From positions 1 through 36,733 of the forward strand of contig CAXMRH010000154.1 in NCBI GenBank assembly GCA_964196045.1: a stretch of DNA of 36,733 nt. Reading direction: 5' to 3'. A model generated the notes under the pieces. The model made no database searches. It had not been told where the DNA came from and saw only the letters and a program-made list of their open reading frames with translations. Positions 1-8,629 of the stretch are shown here, one piece after another. Origin of the DNA: an uncultured Chthoniobacterales bacterium (lineage in GTDB: Bacteria > Actinomycetota > Acidimicrobiia > Acidimicrobiales > SHLQ01). A program made the translations under genes and the position numbers. Within the stretch, counting starts at the first letter, position 1. Each line of letters begins with the position of its first letter.

Positions 1-218
1 GAGCACAGGGCGTGCGACCCGTCGCGCCACTCGTCGATCGCTGCCGATCCAGGTGAGCGAGGATGGGGGGAGTTGATTTCCGGCCATGTTCCTTTTTGCG
101 TGAAGAGGCGTCGGTCAGGGCGACCAATTGGACAGTCTGGCGCAGGAGACGCCCGTTCCCGCACCATCTGTGCCGTAATTGGCAGGAATGTTCACCAGGC
201 GAGAGTGGCCCGCCTTCG

Positions 219-659
219 TCAAGCCGGCTCCGTCGATGTATCGATGATCAGCCGAACCAGCGTGCCTTCTTCACCAGTCTCGATGTCGGTCTTGTCGACC
301 AGGCGACGCATCAACGGGAGTCCGAGACCACGCTCGAAGAACAACCGTTCCGGTGATTCGGCGTCTGGTACGGACACGATCGAATCTGGATCGAAGCCTG
401 GACCACGATCTCGAACAGTGACCTCCACGTGGTGACCCTCGGTGAAACAGCGCACCTCGACATGGCTGTCGGTTCCGGCAGCCCTGTGCGCCTCGACGGC
501 GTTCGTTACGGCCTCGGAGACCGCTACACGGAGATCATCGATTCGATCATCACGCGAGTCCGGGTCAATCGAGGCCGCAGCGGCCAACACCACGCGCACC
601 AGAGCGACGTAGTCCGATTTTGCTGGTACTCGAAGGATGACCTCATTGCCTGGATTCAT
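219..659 (-). CDS. anti-sigma factor serine kinase (RsbW/SpoIIAB-like, HATPase_c)
   Basis: 146 aa. Has a VSEAVTNAVEH-type N-box and a DRGPGFD G1-box. The start overlaps the stop of the upstream STAS gene (ATGA at 656-659). Confidence 0.8.
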   Translation of the reverse strand: MNPGNEVILRVPAKSDYVALVRVVLAAAASIDPDSRDDRIDDLRVAVSEAVTNAVEAHRAAGTDSHVEVRCFTEGHHVEVTVRDRGPGFDPDSIVSVPDAESPERLFFERGLGLPLMRRLVDKTDIETGEEGTLVRLIIDTSTEPA

Positions 660-1012
660 GTCGAAGCCCTTGACGCGTCGACGATAGCGGCGTCCACATC
701 GTCAAAGATCTCGAAGAGTCGGTCGACGTCGGCTGCTGCAAGCGTTCGCGAAACCTCGTCTGGTACCAACGACAGGACACACCTACCCCCAGCGGCTAGG
801 CATCTGCGTCTGATGCCGATCAGCACCCCGATACCCGCGGAATCTAGGAACCCAACTTCCTGCAAATCGAGTACGACGCGGCTCCAGCCGTCCTCGACCC
901 ACTTCACCGTTGCAGATCGGAGCGACGAGACACTCGAGAGATCGAGGTCGCCAGAGAGCGAAACGATCATCACTTCACCTCGATCGTCGGCGCGACTGAA
1001 GACCTGCATCAT
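656..1012 (-). CDS. STAS-domain anti-sigma factor antagonist (RsbV/SpoIIAA-like)
   Basis: Internal ATG-ATG at 1012 gives 118 aa. Contains the DLQEVGFLDSAGIGVLI STAS phospho-serine motif. The longer ORF-track version (to 1417) runs into the divergent helicase gene and is not coding-like. Confidence 0.85.
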   Translation of the reverse strand: MMQVFSRADDRGEVMIVSLSGDLDLSSVSSLRSATVKWVEDGWSRVVLDLQEVGFLDSAGIGVLIGIRRRCLAAGGRCVLSLVPDEVSRTLAAADVDRLFEIFDDVDAAIVDASRAST

Positions 1013-1129
1013 GGTCAGGGTAGTTGGATGTTCCCCTTTACAACCGAACCCTGGCGCCAAGTCCTGTATCTCTCCGAAGCCACCACAGACCGTCCATGAC
1101 CTGTCACACAGAGGTGCGATACTGGCTTC

Positions 1130-3505
1130 ATGGCCATCGTGGAGCTCTCCGATTTCGGTGGAGCTGAGCTCGAATCCGACACGATGGACCTTCGCGAGCG
1201 GGCGAATACTGCGTCCTTCGATGGCGACAATTTCGACGAACTCGTCGAGGCGTTGCACGCCGATGGCCGCCTGGCCCACGTCGCGCACCAGCCGTCTCGC
1301 CCGGCTCGATTCGCGACCTCGATCGCACCGATTAGTCCTGGGGTAGAGGCTGCGCTCGGAGGTGAGCGACTCTGGACCCATCAGGCAGAAGCCATCGACC
1401 TCCTGCATGCCGGTCATTCGGTCGTCGTTGCTACAGGGACTGCCTCAGGAAAATCTCGCAGCTATCAGATCCCGATAGCCGAGGCAGCGGCGCGCCGCGG
1501 CAACACGGGCACTGCACTCTTGCTCTTTCCAACCAAGGCGCTCGCACAGGACCAGCTTCGTTCGCTACACCGTCACAAGTTCCCCGAGGTCGTCGCGGGG
1601 ACCTACGACGGAGACTCCACTCTCGAACAACGAACGTGGGTCCGGTCCACCGCGAATGTGGTGCTGACCAACCCAGAAATGGTGCACGCCTCGATTCTTC
1701 CCGGGCACGCGCGGTGGGCCACGTTCCTCGGCCGCCTCGACCATGTCGTCATCGACGAACTTCACGTCTTGCGAGGCGTGTTCGGAACACATGTCTCCCA
1801 TGTGCTTCGGCGCCTCCGGCGACTCTGCCATCACTATGGCTCCGATCCGCAGTTCATCTTCACGTCCGCAACGATCGGCGAACCCGGGACGTTGGCGAGT
1901 CAGCTGTGCGGCGTGCCGGTCACCGAGGTCACGAACGATGGTTCTCCTCGCGGCGAGCGCACCATCGTGATGCTCAACCCTCCGATCCTCGACGAAGCCA
2001 AGGGTCTTCGGACTTCAGCCAACGCAGAATCGGCAAATATCGCTGCCGAGTTGATCAAACGGGGACACCGAACGATCGTCTTTTGCCGAAGCCGGCGAGG
2101 GACCGAGCTCGTGACCGGCGACATTTCCCGTCGCCTTCCAATCGGCCACCAAGACAGCGTTCGTGCCTATCGGGCTGGCTACCTGGCTGCTGAACGCAGA
2201 ACGATCGAGCACGAGTTGTTCGAAGGTTCCTTGCGAGGCGTCGTGGCCACGTCCGCCCTCGAGTTAGGGATCGATGTCGGTGGCCTCGATGCGTGCGTGC
2301 TCAACGGTTTTCCTGGCACCATCGCGTCCATGTGGCAACAGATTGGGCGCGCAGGCCGCGGCCAGCAGCGTTCTGCGGCCGTACTAGTTGCAGGAGACGA
2401 CCAGCTCGACCAGTGGATCATGTCGCACCCGACCGACTTGCTCGAACGTGAACCCGAACGCGCCGTCATCAACCCAACTAACCCCTACATCCTTGGCCCT
2501 CATCTCGCATGCGCGGCATTCGAAAAGCCCATCTCTCACGACGACGATGTGTACTGGGGCCCAAGTCTCGATGATGGAGTCCGCGATCTGGTCGTCGATG
2601 ACCAGATGCTTCTCAAACCGTCTGGCAACGGCACACCTTTGGCGGTCTACGCAGGCCGCGGCCGGCCCTCTCGTGGCATCGGACTTCGCTCCGGCAGTTC
2701 TGACGAACTGCACATCGTTCGCAAAGATGGTTCGATCGTGGGCACGGTCGACTCGTCGAGGGCCTCCGCAGTGGTCCACCCGGGAGCGATCTACCTACAC
2801 CAGGGCAAGCCCTATCGAGTGATCGACCTCGATCTCGACGACCGCTGCGCCACGGTGATCGAGGCCGACGGCGACCAGTACACGCAGGCCCGCGCGAAGG
2901 TCGACGTCTCCGTCGTTCGCGCGGACCAGACGGCCCGCCTGGGAGACGGCAGCACGGGCGTCGGGGTGTATGTCGGAGATGTGGAAGTCGTCAGTCAGGT
3001 CACGGGATATCAGCGGCGCGAGGTGCGAAGCCGACGAATCCTCGCCAACGAAACGCTAGAACTGCCGCCATCAACTCTTCGGACCCGAGCTTTCTGGTAC
3101 GTCATCCCGATCGAACAGATCGAGGCCGCCGGGCTCGACGCACAACAGGTACCAGGCACTCTGCACGCAGCGGAGCATGCTGCGATCGGCATGCTCCCTC
3201 TGTTCACGATCTGTGATCGTTGGGATGTGGGCGGGGTATCGACGCCGTGGCACAGCGGCACGGTCGGACCCACGATTTTCATCTACGACGCGCACCCAGG
3301 TGGGTCTGGGATCGCCGAGCTGGGGTTCGGCGAACGAGATCGTCTTCTCCGGGCGACTCGCGACGCCATGGTGAGCTGCACCTGTACCGACGGATGCCCA
3401 TCATGTGTGCAGTCGCCAAAGTGCGGCAATGGCAACGAACCTCTCGACAAGGCAGGCGCAATCGTGTTGCTCACCCAGATTCTGGGCTTAGACGCACGCC
3501 TCTGA
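1130..3505 (+). CDS. DEAD/DEAH-box (DExH) helicase with C-terminal MrfA-type Zn-binding (DUF1998/MZB) domain
   Basis: 791 aa. Motif I ATGTASGKS, motif II DELH, motif III TSAT, motif VI QQIGRAGRG. C-terminal cluster CTCTDGCPSCVQSPKCGNGNEPLDK. A -10-like GATACT ends 6 nt before ATG 1130. An alternative start is ATG 1181. Confidence 0.9.
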   Translation: MAIVELSDFGGAELESDTMDLRERANTASFDGDNFDELVEALHADGRLAHVAHQPSRPARFATSIAPISPGVEAALGGERLWTHQAEAIDLLHAGHSVVVATGTASGKSRSYQIPIAEAAARRGNTGTALLLFPTKALAQDQLRSLHRHKFPEVVAGTYDGDSTLEQRTWVRSTANVVLTNPEMVHASILPGHARWATFLGRLDHVVIDELHVLRGVFGTHVSHVLRRLRRLCHHYGSDPQFIFTSATIGEPGTLASQLCGVPVTEVTNDGSPRGERTIVMLNPPILDEAKGLRTSANAESANIAAELIKRGHRTIVFCRSRRGTELVTGDISRRLPIGHQDSVRAYRAGYLAAERRTIEHELFEGSLRGVVATSALELGIDVGGLDACVLNGFPGTIASMWQQIGRAGRGQQRSAAVLVAGDDQLDQWIMSHPTDLLEREPERAVINPTNPYILGPHLACAAFEKPISHDDDVYWGPSLDDGVRDLVVDDQMLLKPSGNGTPLAVYAGRGRPSRGIGLRSGSSDELHIVRKDGSIVGTVDSSRASAVVHPGAIYLHQGKPYRVIDLDLDDRCATVIEADGDQYTQARAKVDVSVVRADQTARLGDGSTGVGVYVGDVEVVSQVTGYQRREVRSRRILANETLELPPSTLRTRAFWYVIPIEQIEAAGLDAQQVPGTLHAAEHAAIGMLPLFTICDRWDVGGVSTPWHSGTVGPTIFIYDAHPGGSGIAELGFGERDRLLRATRDAMVSCTCTDGCPSCVQSPKCGNGNEPLDKAGAIVLLTQILGLDARL

Positions 3506-4837
3506 GATCGCCCCGACGAACTCGATCAGCAGTTCCCAGCCCGCGTCGGCCTGTTCAGCCAGGCTGTCGATATTGCCCGGGAAGAACGCACGGCATCCCG
3601 GCGCCGGTTTCTCGCTCGCGAGTTCGCCACCCTTCGGTATGAGGCCGGCAACCGCAATGTCCGTGGACCATACCGGCCTAGCCCAGGTCTCAAGAGACGG
3701 CAGCTGTTCGCTGAGAGGAATGTAGACCACGGGCTTCGGTCGGCCAATCGCCGTTAGGACCACTTCTCGCTCAGTTGCGCCCGGCGCGACCCAGTCGAGT
3801 TGGGCGAGGCGATCGAGCTTCGGAGAGTTCTCGGTAATTCCGCCGGCCTCAACGAACATCGACTTCAGCCCGATGACCGCCGCATCAGTGCCGAAGACGT
3901 TCCAGTCGAATCCGTCGCCCTGCACATCACCCAGCAACAACACGACATCGTCTGAGGTGGTGATGTTCGAGTCAAAAACGTCGTCCTCGAACCAGGTCAG
4001 CGAGAAACCTGAATCGAGGAGTTCCTGTTGCAGCCGCGCTGTCGAGGGGTCTGTCACAGGGTCCGCGACCGCGGAGACCACTACTACCACCCGATCCGCT
4101 GCAACGCCGGCAAGCACGGTTACCGACCGACTGGGATCAGACGTGTTTCCTGCGCCGTCCACCGCCTTCACGGAGTAGGTGACAACCGTGCCGGAGTCGA
4201 TCGTGTCCGTGAAGTTCGCCGAGTCGCCATTGTCGATCTCGGACGTCTCGGGGCCAATCGTCCGAGTCACGACGTAGCGCTCGATGCCCGAGATGTCCGT
4301 GACCGGTTCCCAGTGCAGGGAGACCGCATCCTCCGATTCGACCACTGTGGGCCGAGTTGGTCGTTTCGGCGGGTTCGAGTCGACGCCGACCTGCACGGTG
4401 ACGGGGTCGCTTCCGCCGCTTTTCGCGCCAACCCCGATCGCCACGACTTGGTAGCTGTAAATGTCGCCGTCCGTCAGACCAGAGTCGATGAACGACGAGG
4501 CGTCGACAACGAAACGCTGCGTGGACCCAGCAGGCGAGACGCGGGAGACCTCGTACTCGTCCACACCGTCATCGCGGGACGGGTCCCACGCGAGCTCAAT
4601 GGTGCCGTTCGAGGTGTCGATGACAACCAAGCCGACAGGTGCATTGGGAGCGGGGTCGATCTCGGGCAGAGGTTCCGCGGTGACCGGTGGCGGGTCAGCG
4701 ACCGACGTCTCCGCGGACTCACTTGGAGAAGACCCCGAACAAGCCGCTGCCACGATCGAGACCGCCACGAAGCCGATGAATGGAACCGCGTACCGCCCGC
4801 GCAACACGTGGACTCGATCCTTGCCGGTTTCGACCAT
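3488..4837 (-). CDS. lipoprotein with two fibronectin type III domains and an uncharacterised C-terminal domain
   Basis: Internal ATG at 4837 (MVETGKDRV...) lies 10 nt after the HD-GYP stop. Signal peptide plus lipobox VSIVAAAC|SGS. Two FN3-like segments (LAWDPSRDDGVDEYEVSR; LHWEPVTDISGIERYVVTR). The Arg/Pro-rich extension in the ORF track is an out-of-frame read of the neighbouring gene. Confidence 0.75.
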   Translation of the reverse strand: MVETGKDRVHVLRGRYAVPFIGFVAVSIVAAACSGSSPSESAETSVADPPPVTAEPLPEIDPAPNAPVGLVVIDTSNGTIELAWDPSRDDGVDEYEVSRVSPAGSTQRFVVDASSFIDSGLTDGDIYSYQVVAIGVGAKSGGSDPVTVQVGVDSNPPKRPTRPTVVESEDAVSLHWEPVTDISGIERYVVTRTIGPETSEIDNGDSANFTDTIDSGTVVTYSVKAVDGAGNTSDPSRSVTVLAGVAADRVVVVVSAVADPVTDPSTARLQQELLDSGFSLTWFEDDVFDSNITTSDDVVLLLGDVQGDGFDWNVFGTDAAVIGLKSMFVEAGGITENSPKLDRLAQLDWVAPGATEREVVLTAIGRPKPVVYIPLSEQLPSLETWARPVWSTDIAVAGLIPKGGELASEKPAPGCRAFFPGNIDSLAEQADAGWELLIEFVGAISEACV

Positions 4838-4847
4838 ATTCACTCGC

Positions 4848-6560
4848 CTAGTTCGGAACGGTGACGGTGACGGTGGCCCGATCACAGCGGCCATTCGTGT
4901 CACAAATCTGATAGACGATGATGTCCACGACGCCCGTAACGTCTCGCCTGTAGTAGATGTAGCCGTTGAAAACGCCGTAATCGTCGGCATAGATAGGCGC
5001 AACGATGATCTCAAGAGTGCTTTCATCCATGGGATGGTCGCCTGGCGCGTCGTTTTCGAGCACGAAGATGTTGTTGTGGCCGCCGTTGATGATCGTTTTC
5101 GAGTCGTTGTTTGCGTCGGGATCAAGCGAGGCCGGTGCCGCGGTCGTGGTGGGCGCTGCAGTCGTGGTGGGCGCTGCAGTCGTGGTGGGCGCTGCAGTCG
5201 TGGTGGGCGCTGCAGTCGTGGTGGGCGCTGCAGTCGTGGCCGGAGAGCGTGCTGGCGTCGTGGTCGTGGTCGTGGTCGTGGTCGCGGTCGTGGTCGTGGC
5301 GAGCCCTGACGTCGTTGGGGCTGGCAGTGGCGCCGTGGTGGTGGTTGTAGCAACCGGGGCGAGCGGTGGCGCAACAGAGCCGATGGCCAGATCGTCGACG
5401 ACCACTTCTTCGATCACAGGTCGTGAGTCATCGAACGCGAGAGCTGTTGGAGCATCGACGCTGCCGACGCCGACAAGCGACGCAGCCGATACCGACAGAG
5501 CCGTCGCCGCGGTAGCCATTGTGGAGACGACCGAGGGGCTCGCCGTGGCTACGGAACTCGTCACGCGCAGCATCGTCGGAAGTTCGAGCAACCAACCAAG
5601 GAAGCCTGCGGAATGACGGCCATCATCGAGTCCAACCCGAAAGAAGGCCTTGACCACTGCGGGATCGAATTGTGTCCCGGCGCAGCGATAAAGCTCCTCT
5701 CGCGCCGCACGCGGTGACATCGCCTCCTTGTAACTTCGCTTGGACGTGATGACGTCGTAGGTATCCGCGACCGCCGCGATTCTCCCGCCAAGGCTGATTT
5801 CGGTCGCCTCGAGTTGACCCGGGTATCCGCCGCCGTCCCAACGTTCGTGATGGTGCAGTGAGACGAAACCCCACTCGCCAAGCCAGCCATGGAGAGGCTC
5901 CAGGATTTTCTGCCCCTCTAGGGGATGCTCTTTGAGAATCAGCCACTGCTCTTCCGTCAGCGCTTCCTTGCTGTTGAGAATGTGGGCTGGGACAGTCAGC
6001 TTGCCCACGTCATGGAGCAACACTCCCCAGCGAAGCCGGTTCAGCTCATCTTCGGTCAGGCCCATTTCCTGACCGATGAGCTCGGCGTACGTCCGGACTC
6101 GTTCCGTGTGTCCACGAGTTCGGGGCTCATGCGCACCGAGGGCTGCGACCAGCGCCATTGCTTGCTCAGCGGCCTCCTGGGTGTCCTCACTCAATATCAA
6201 TTGCTCAGGCGTCAGCTTCTTGATGTTTCCGGCTCTTAACGTGACACCGAATCGAGACGGAGCATGGTCGGGGAACACCATCGTCATGTTAAGAAGCGCC
6301 GACATGGGAGCGAGTCTGTTGGCAACACGTTTGGCGCTGTGCGCGGCGACCGACGCAACTACGATCGCTTGCATGATCCAGACCCCCGTACCGGTCCACC
6401 CCTCGGGTCGATAGAAGGCCCAGGCGACGATGCGAACCGCCAACCAGCCAATGACGATCGGCGCGACGAACAAGAGCAGGCGTACCAGCTTGGCGAGCAC
6501 GGGACGCGAGGCCCATGTCGCCACGCTCTCGCTTGCGCCAATAGTAGGTGCGGAAGTCAT
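4848..6560 (-). CDS. membrane HD-GYP domain phosphodiesterase with C-terminal Thr/Pro/Ala repeat linker and cadherin-like domain
   Basis: ATG at 6560 gives 570 aa. Two N-terminal hydrophobic helices. HD-GYP motifs LLHDVGK and HHHERWDGGGYP. A further hydrophobic segment (MATAATALSVSAASLVGVGSV), then T-runs and (AAPTTT)x6. The last ~90 aa carry a VLENDAPGD motif of the bacterial cadherin-like type. Confidence 0.9.
   Translation of the reverse strand: MTSAPTIGASESVATWASRPVLAKLVRLLLFVAPIVIGWLAVRIVAWAFYRPEGWTGTGVWIMQAIVVASVAAHSAKRVANRLAPMSALLNMTMVFPDHAPSRFGVTLRAGNIKKLTPEQLILSEDTQEAAEQAMALVAALGAHEPRTRGHTERVRTYAELIGQEMGLTEDELNRLRWGVLLHDVGKLTVPAHILNSKEALTEEQWLILKEHPLEGQKILEPLHGWLGEWGFVSLHHHERWDGGGYPGQLEATEISLGGRIAAVADTYDVITSKRSYKEAMSPRAAREELYRCAGTQFDPAVVKAFFRVGLDDGRHSAGFLGWLLELPTMLRVTSSVATASPSVVSTMATAATALSVSAASLVGVGSVDAPTALAFDDSRPVIEEVVVDDLAIGSVAPPLAPVATTTTTAPLPAPTTSGLATTTTATTTTTTTTTPARSPATTAAPTTTAAPTTTAAPTTTAAPTTTAAPTTTAAPASLDPDANNDSKTIINGGHNNIFVLENDAPGDHPMDESTLEIIVAPIYADDYGVFNGYIYYRRDVTGVVDIIVYQICDTNGRCDRATVTVTVPN
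5143..5240. repeat. perfect 18-bp tandem repeat (gtcgtggtgggcgctgca) x5 plus a partial copy
   Basis: Read directly: units at 5143, 5161, 5179, 5197 and 5215, all identical. In frame, encoding (AAPTTT)n in the HD-GYP protein. Confidence 0.95.
5257..5298. repeat. hexanucleotide repeat (gtcgtg)x7 with one variant unit
   Basis: Read directly. Encodes the poly-Thr run of the HD-GYP linker. Confidence 0.9.
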
Positions 6561-6612
6561 CACTTCTAATATCGACTCTCGACGCTGAGCTCTTGCTAGG
6601 CCGAACGACCCG

Positions 6613-6981
6613 TCAAGGGTGTTCGATGATGTCTTCCCTTCGCATGTGAACCTCCGCTGAAAGCACTCGTTCGCCCACTCCGATCCACGGCACGCCATCG
6701 ACGGTCCGGGTGACTCTGACCATGACGAATTCTGAATCGAACTCAGTTGAGACATTCAGCTCGCCGGCCACTCTCGACACTGCAGTCGATGCGACTGCTA
6801 TGGCATTCTCGGGCTCGATAGCGGCTGCACGTGCACCTTCTCGCGCGGCATTCTCGAGCCGAATCTGCCAGGTCATCAGTTGTCCGACCCAGAGCAGGCC
6901 GCCAAGACAGATGACGAGCAACGGGAGGACCAGAGCGAACTCAACGGTGGACTGGCCCCGATCCTCCCGGCTTCGCCTCAC
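6613..6981 (-). CDS. TadE-like pseudopilin / pilus assembly protein
   Basis: N-terminal DRGQSTVEFALVLPLLVICLGGLL matches the TadE/Flp-type class III signal. GTG at 6981 overlaps the flp stop (GTGA 6978-6981). The ORF track extends to 7050. Confidence 0.75.
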   Translation of the reverse strand: MRRSREDRGQSTVEFALVLPLLVICLGGLLWVGQLMTWQIRLENAAREGARAAAIEPENAIAVASTAVSRVAGELNVSTEFDSEFVMVRVTRTVDGVPWIGVGERVLSAEVHMRREDIIEHP

Positions 6982-7217
6982 ACCTTTCCGATGATCGAGT
7001 CGACGACCGCGTCGAACAGCTCGCCAATCTTTCCTGTTCCTGATGCCCACGTCACGACGACGAGTGCAATGGTCGCAGCGCCGAGAAGCAGAAGCGCGTA
7101 CTCCGCAGTCGATTGCCCTCGATCGCTGTGGCGATCAACCTGGTGCAGCTTCGAAACGACAGATCGGAAGATCTGTTGCACAGCGCTGCTGACGAGCAAG
7201 GTGGCTTTGGTGTTCAT
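6978..7217 (-). CDS. flp: Flp-family type IVb pilin
   Basis: 79 aa from ATG 7217, preceded by AAGAGGAAA. Processing motif G|QSTAEYALLLLGAATIALVVV (G/xxxxEY followed by a hydrophobic stretch). Confidence 0.8.
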   Translation of the reverse strand: MNTKATLLVSSAVQQIFRSVVSKLHQVDRHSDRGQSTAEYALLLLGAATIALVVVTWASGTGKIGELFDAVVDSIIGKV

Positions 7218-7271
7218 ATGAAATTTCCTCTTCGTTGGAATCGGGCGTAGCGCCGAGATCACCGACCTCAT

Positions 7272-7835
7272 TCAACCGGGCAGACCGGAAAGAGCACCGA
7301 GCAGCAAGGGCACGATGGCCAACAGAATGAAGGCAGGGAGAATGCAGAAAACAAGTGGAAAGAGCAGAGAAACCGTCAGTCGCTGGGCGGCCGCGTCGAG
7401 AGACAACGCCCGCGCCGTTCGAAAGTCACGAACCAAGAGCTCGAGTTGCAGGCTGAGTGCAGCCCCATCGAGCTCCGCCCGTCGAAGCAGGTCGAGGACA
7501 CGCATCATCGAGACAGACTGATCTCGTCGACCAGGGGTAAGAATCGCATCCGACAACGCAGCCCCAAGGGCAAGCCGCTTGGCGACGGTGGCGAAATCGT
7601 CCACGACGGCTCCCAAGTCCCCTCCGATCCTCAACCCTCCAATAGCATCGATTGCGCCACGCGGGGTGCGCCCGGCCGCAACGGCGATCTGCAGCAGGAC
7701 AACTGCGTTGGGCAACGCCTTAATTCGGACCTCCTCGCTCGCTCGTCGAGCCCGTCGACCCATCGACACGCGCCAAAGCGTCTTTACGACGATGAGCACG
7801 GTTAGCGCCATCCCGAGCACAGCCACGACGTTCAT
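7272..7835 (-). CDS. tadC: TadC-like type II secretion system F-family membrane protein
   Basis: ATG 7835 is preceded by GAGGAGG and overlaps the tadB stop (ATGA 7832-7835). N- and C-terminal TM helices flank a soluble T2SSF-like region. The position after tadB fits. Confidence 0.75.
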   Translation of the reverse strand: MNVVAVLGMALTVLIVVKTLWRVSMGRRARRASEEVRIKALPNAVVLLQIAVAAGRTPRGAIDAIGGLRIGGDLGAVVDDFATVAKRLALGAALSDAILTPGRRDQSVSMMRVLDLLRRAELDGAALSLQLELLVRDFRTARALSLDAAAQRLTVSLLFPLVFCILPAFILLAIVPLLLGALSGLPG

Positions 7836-8629
7836 CGAAGCCTCCTCATCAGAACGGACATCCACCACAGGCCCAGAGCATCCAATAGCAAGCCGCCTAC
7901 GACGAGAAGCATGCCGACCGCACCGTCAAGGATCGATGCTCCCCGAACGACAGACGCCACGATCGCGAACACCACAGGAAGAGACACGAGGACACCGGTG
8001 GACATGGTCGCCTGCACGAGTAACAGTCGGCGTCGCGCTGAATGCTGAAGTTCGTCACGTAGCCCCTCACCAACTCCATCGAGCGCTTTCGCCAGCGGGC
8101 CACCATGCGACACGCCCAATGTCAGCGCCGCTGCGAGCAGCCGTTCGGAACTCGTTGTCGCTCTCATCAGCCACGCGTCAAGCGCTGACTCGACTGGGCG
8201 TCCCATTCGAAGTTGTCGAATCACCCCATTCAAGCCCCGCGTCAAAGGAACGGTGTTTGACGAAAGCGCACGAAGCGCCTGCTCGAGCGAGTCTCCCGTC
8301 TGAAGGGATCTCGATACGCGTAGGGCAACCTCCGGAAGACCTGCCTCAGCGGACCGTTCGACTCGTCGGCTTACGTACGGCCCGGTCGCCGTCAGTGTGG
8401 CGATGAAAACACCACCGGCAACCAGCGCGCCAACCAGGCCTCCGATACGTGCCCCAGCGAAGAGCATGGCGACTGCGACGGCGCCAAGGAGCAGAGATGG
8501 AGGCCACACCACAGCGATGCCCAGATCTTCCGCCGTCGATCGGAGGCTCGCGTCGAGCGTGCAATACCGGCGCTGACCTGCGCACTGGGACGTCGCGAGA
8601 GGTTCAACAACTCGAGCTGGGACCTTCAC
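7832..8629 (-). CDS. tadB: TadB-like type II secretion system F-family membrane protein
   Basis: 265 aa. GTG 8629 overlaps the tadA stop (GTGA 8626-8629). TM helices flank a T2SSF-type cytoplasmic domain. Confidence 0.75.
   Translation of the reverse strand: MKVPARVVEPLATSQCAGQRRYCTLDASLRSTAEDLGIAVVWPPSLLLGAVAVAMLFAGARIGGLVGALVAGGVFIATLTATGPYVSRRVERSAEAGLPEVALRVSRSLQTGDSLEQALRALSSNTVPLTRGLNGVIRQLRMGRPVESALDAWLMRATTSSERLLAAALTLGVSHGGPLAKALDGVGEGLRDELQHSARRRLLLVQATMSTGVLVSLPVVFAIVASVVRGASILDGAVGMLLVVGGLLLDALGLWWMSVLMRRLR

Noticed and set aside
1-167. Possible 5' part of a minus-strand gene downstream of the anti-sigma kinase (ATG at 167 or at 87).
   Set aside because: Two minus-strand frames stay open to the window edge and neither shows a recognisable motif. 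A sigma factor would be expected here but cannot be supported from about 50 codons.
1130-3505. DUF1998-type helicase as a possible phage-defence component (Druantia DruE-like).
   Set aside because: It is a stand-alone ~790-aa gene with no adjacent defence partners. It sits in what I recall as a conserved actinobacterial housekeeping neighbourhood (helicase, tad locus, ssd, HAD). It fits the MrfA/SftH-type repair helicase class better.
5143-5240. Regularly spaced repeats as a possible CRISPR array (also 12590..12664 and 26081..26214).
   Set aside because: The units are contiguous with no unique spacers. They are 18-21 bp, or only two copies, and lie in frame within coding sequence. No cas genes are present.
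4838-5374. Arg/Pro-rich N-terminal extension of ORF 3488..5374 (RPRPRPRP, PPRLQR x5).
   Set aside because: It is an out-of-frame reading of the 18-bp and 6-bp tandem repeats that lie inside the HD-GYP gene on the same strand. A proper signal peptide and lipobox start at ATG 4837, just after the HD-GYP stop.
5005-5616. Plus-strand ORF with GAAVVV repeats, plus other repeat-derived ORFs (5111..5350, 12314..13000, 12546..12825).
   Set aside because: These are antisense or alternative-frame shadows of the same tandem repeats. They have no start context and fully overlap well-supported genes.
6561-6612. Leaderless-type promoter for the HD-GYP gene (GATATT 7 nt before the ATG).
   Set aside because: The hexamer does not fit TANNNT and the spacing is off by one. 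Co-transcription with the tad genes is equally likely.
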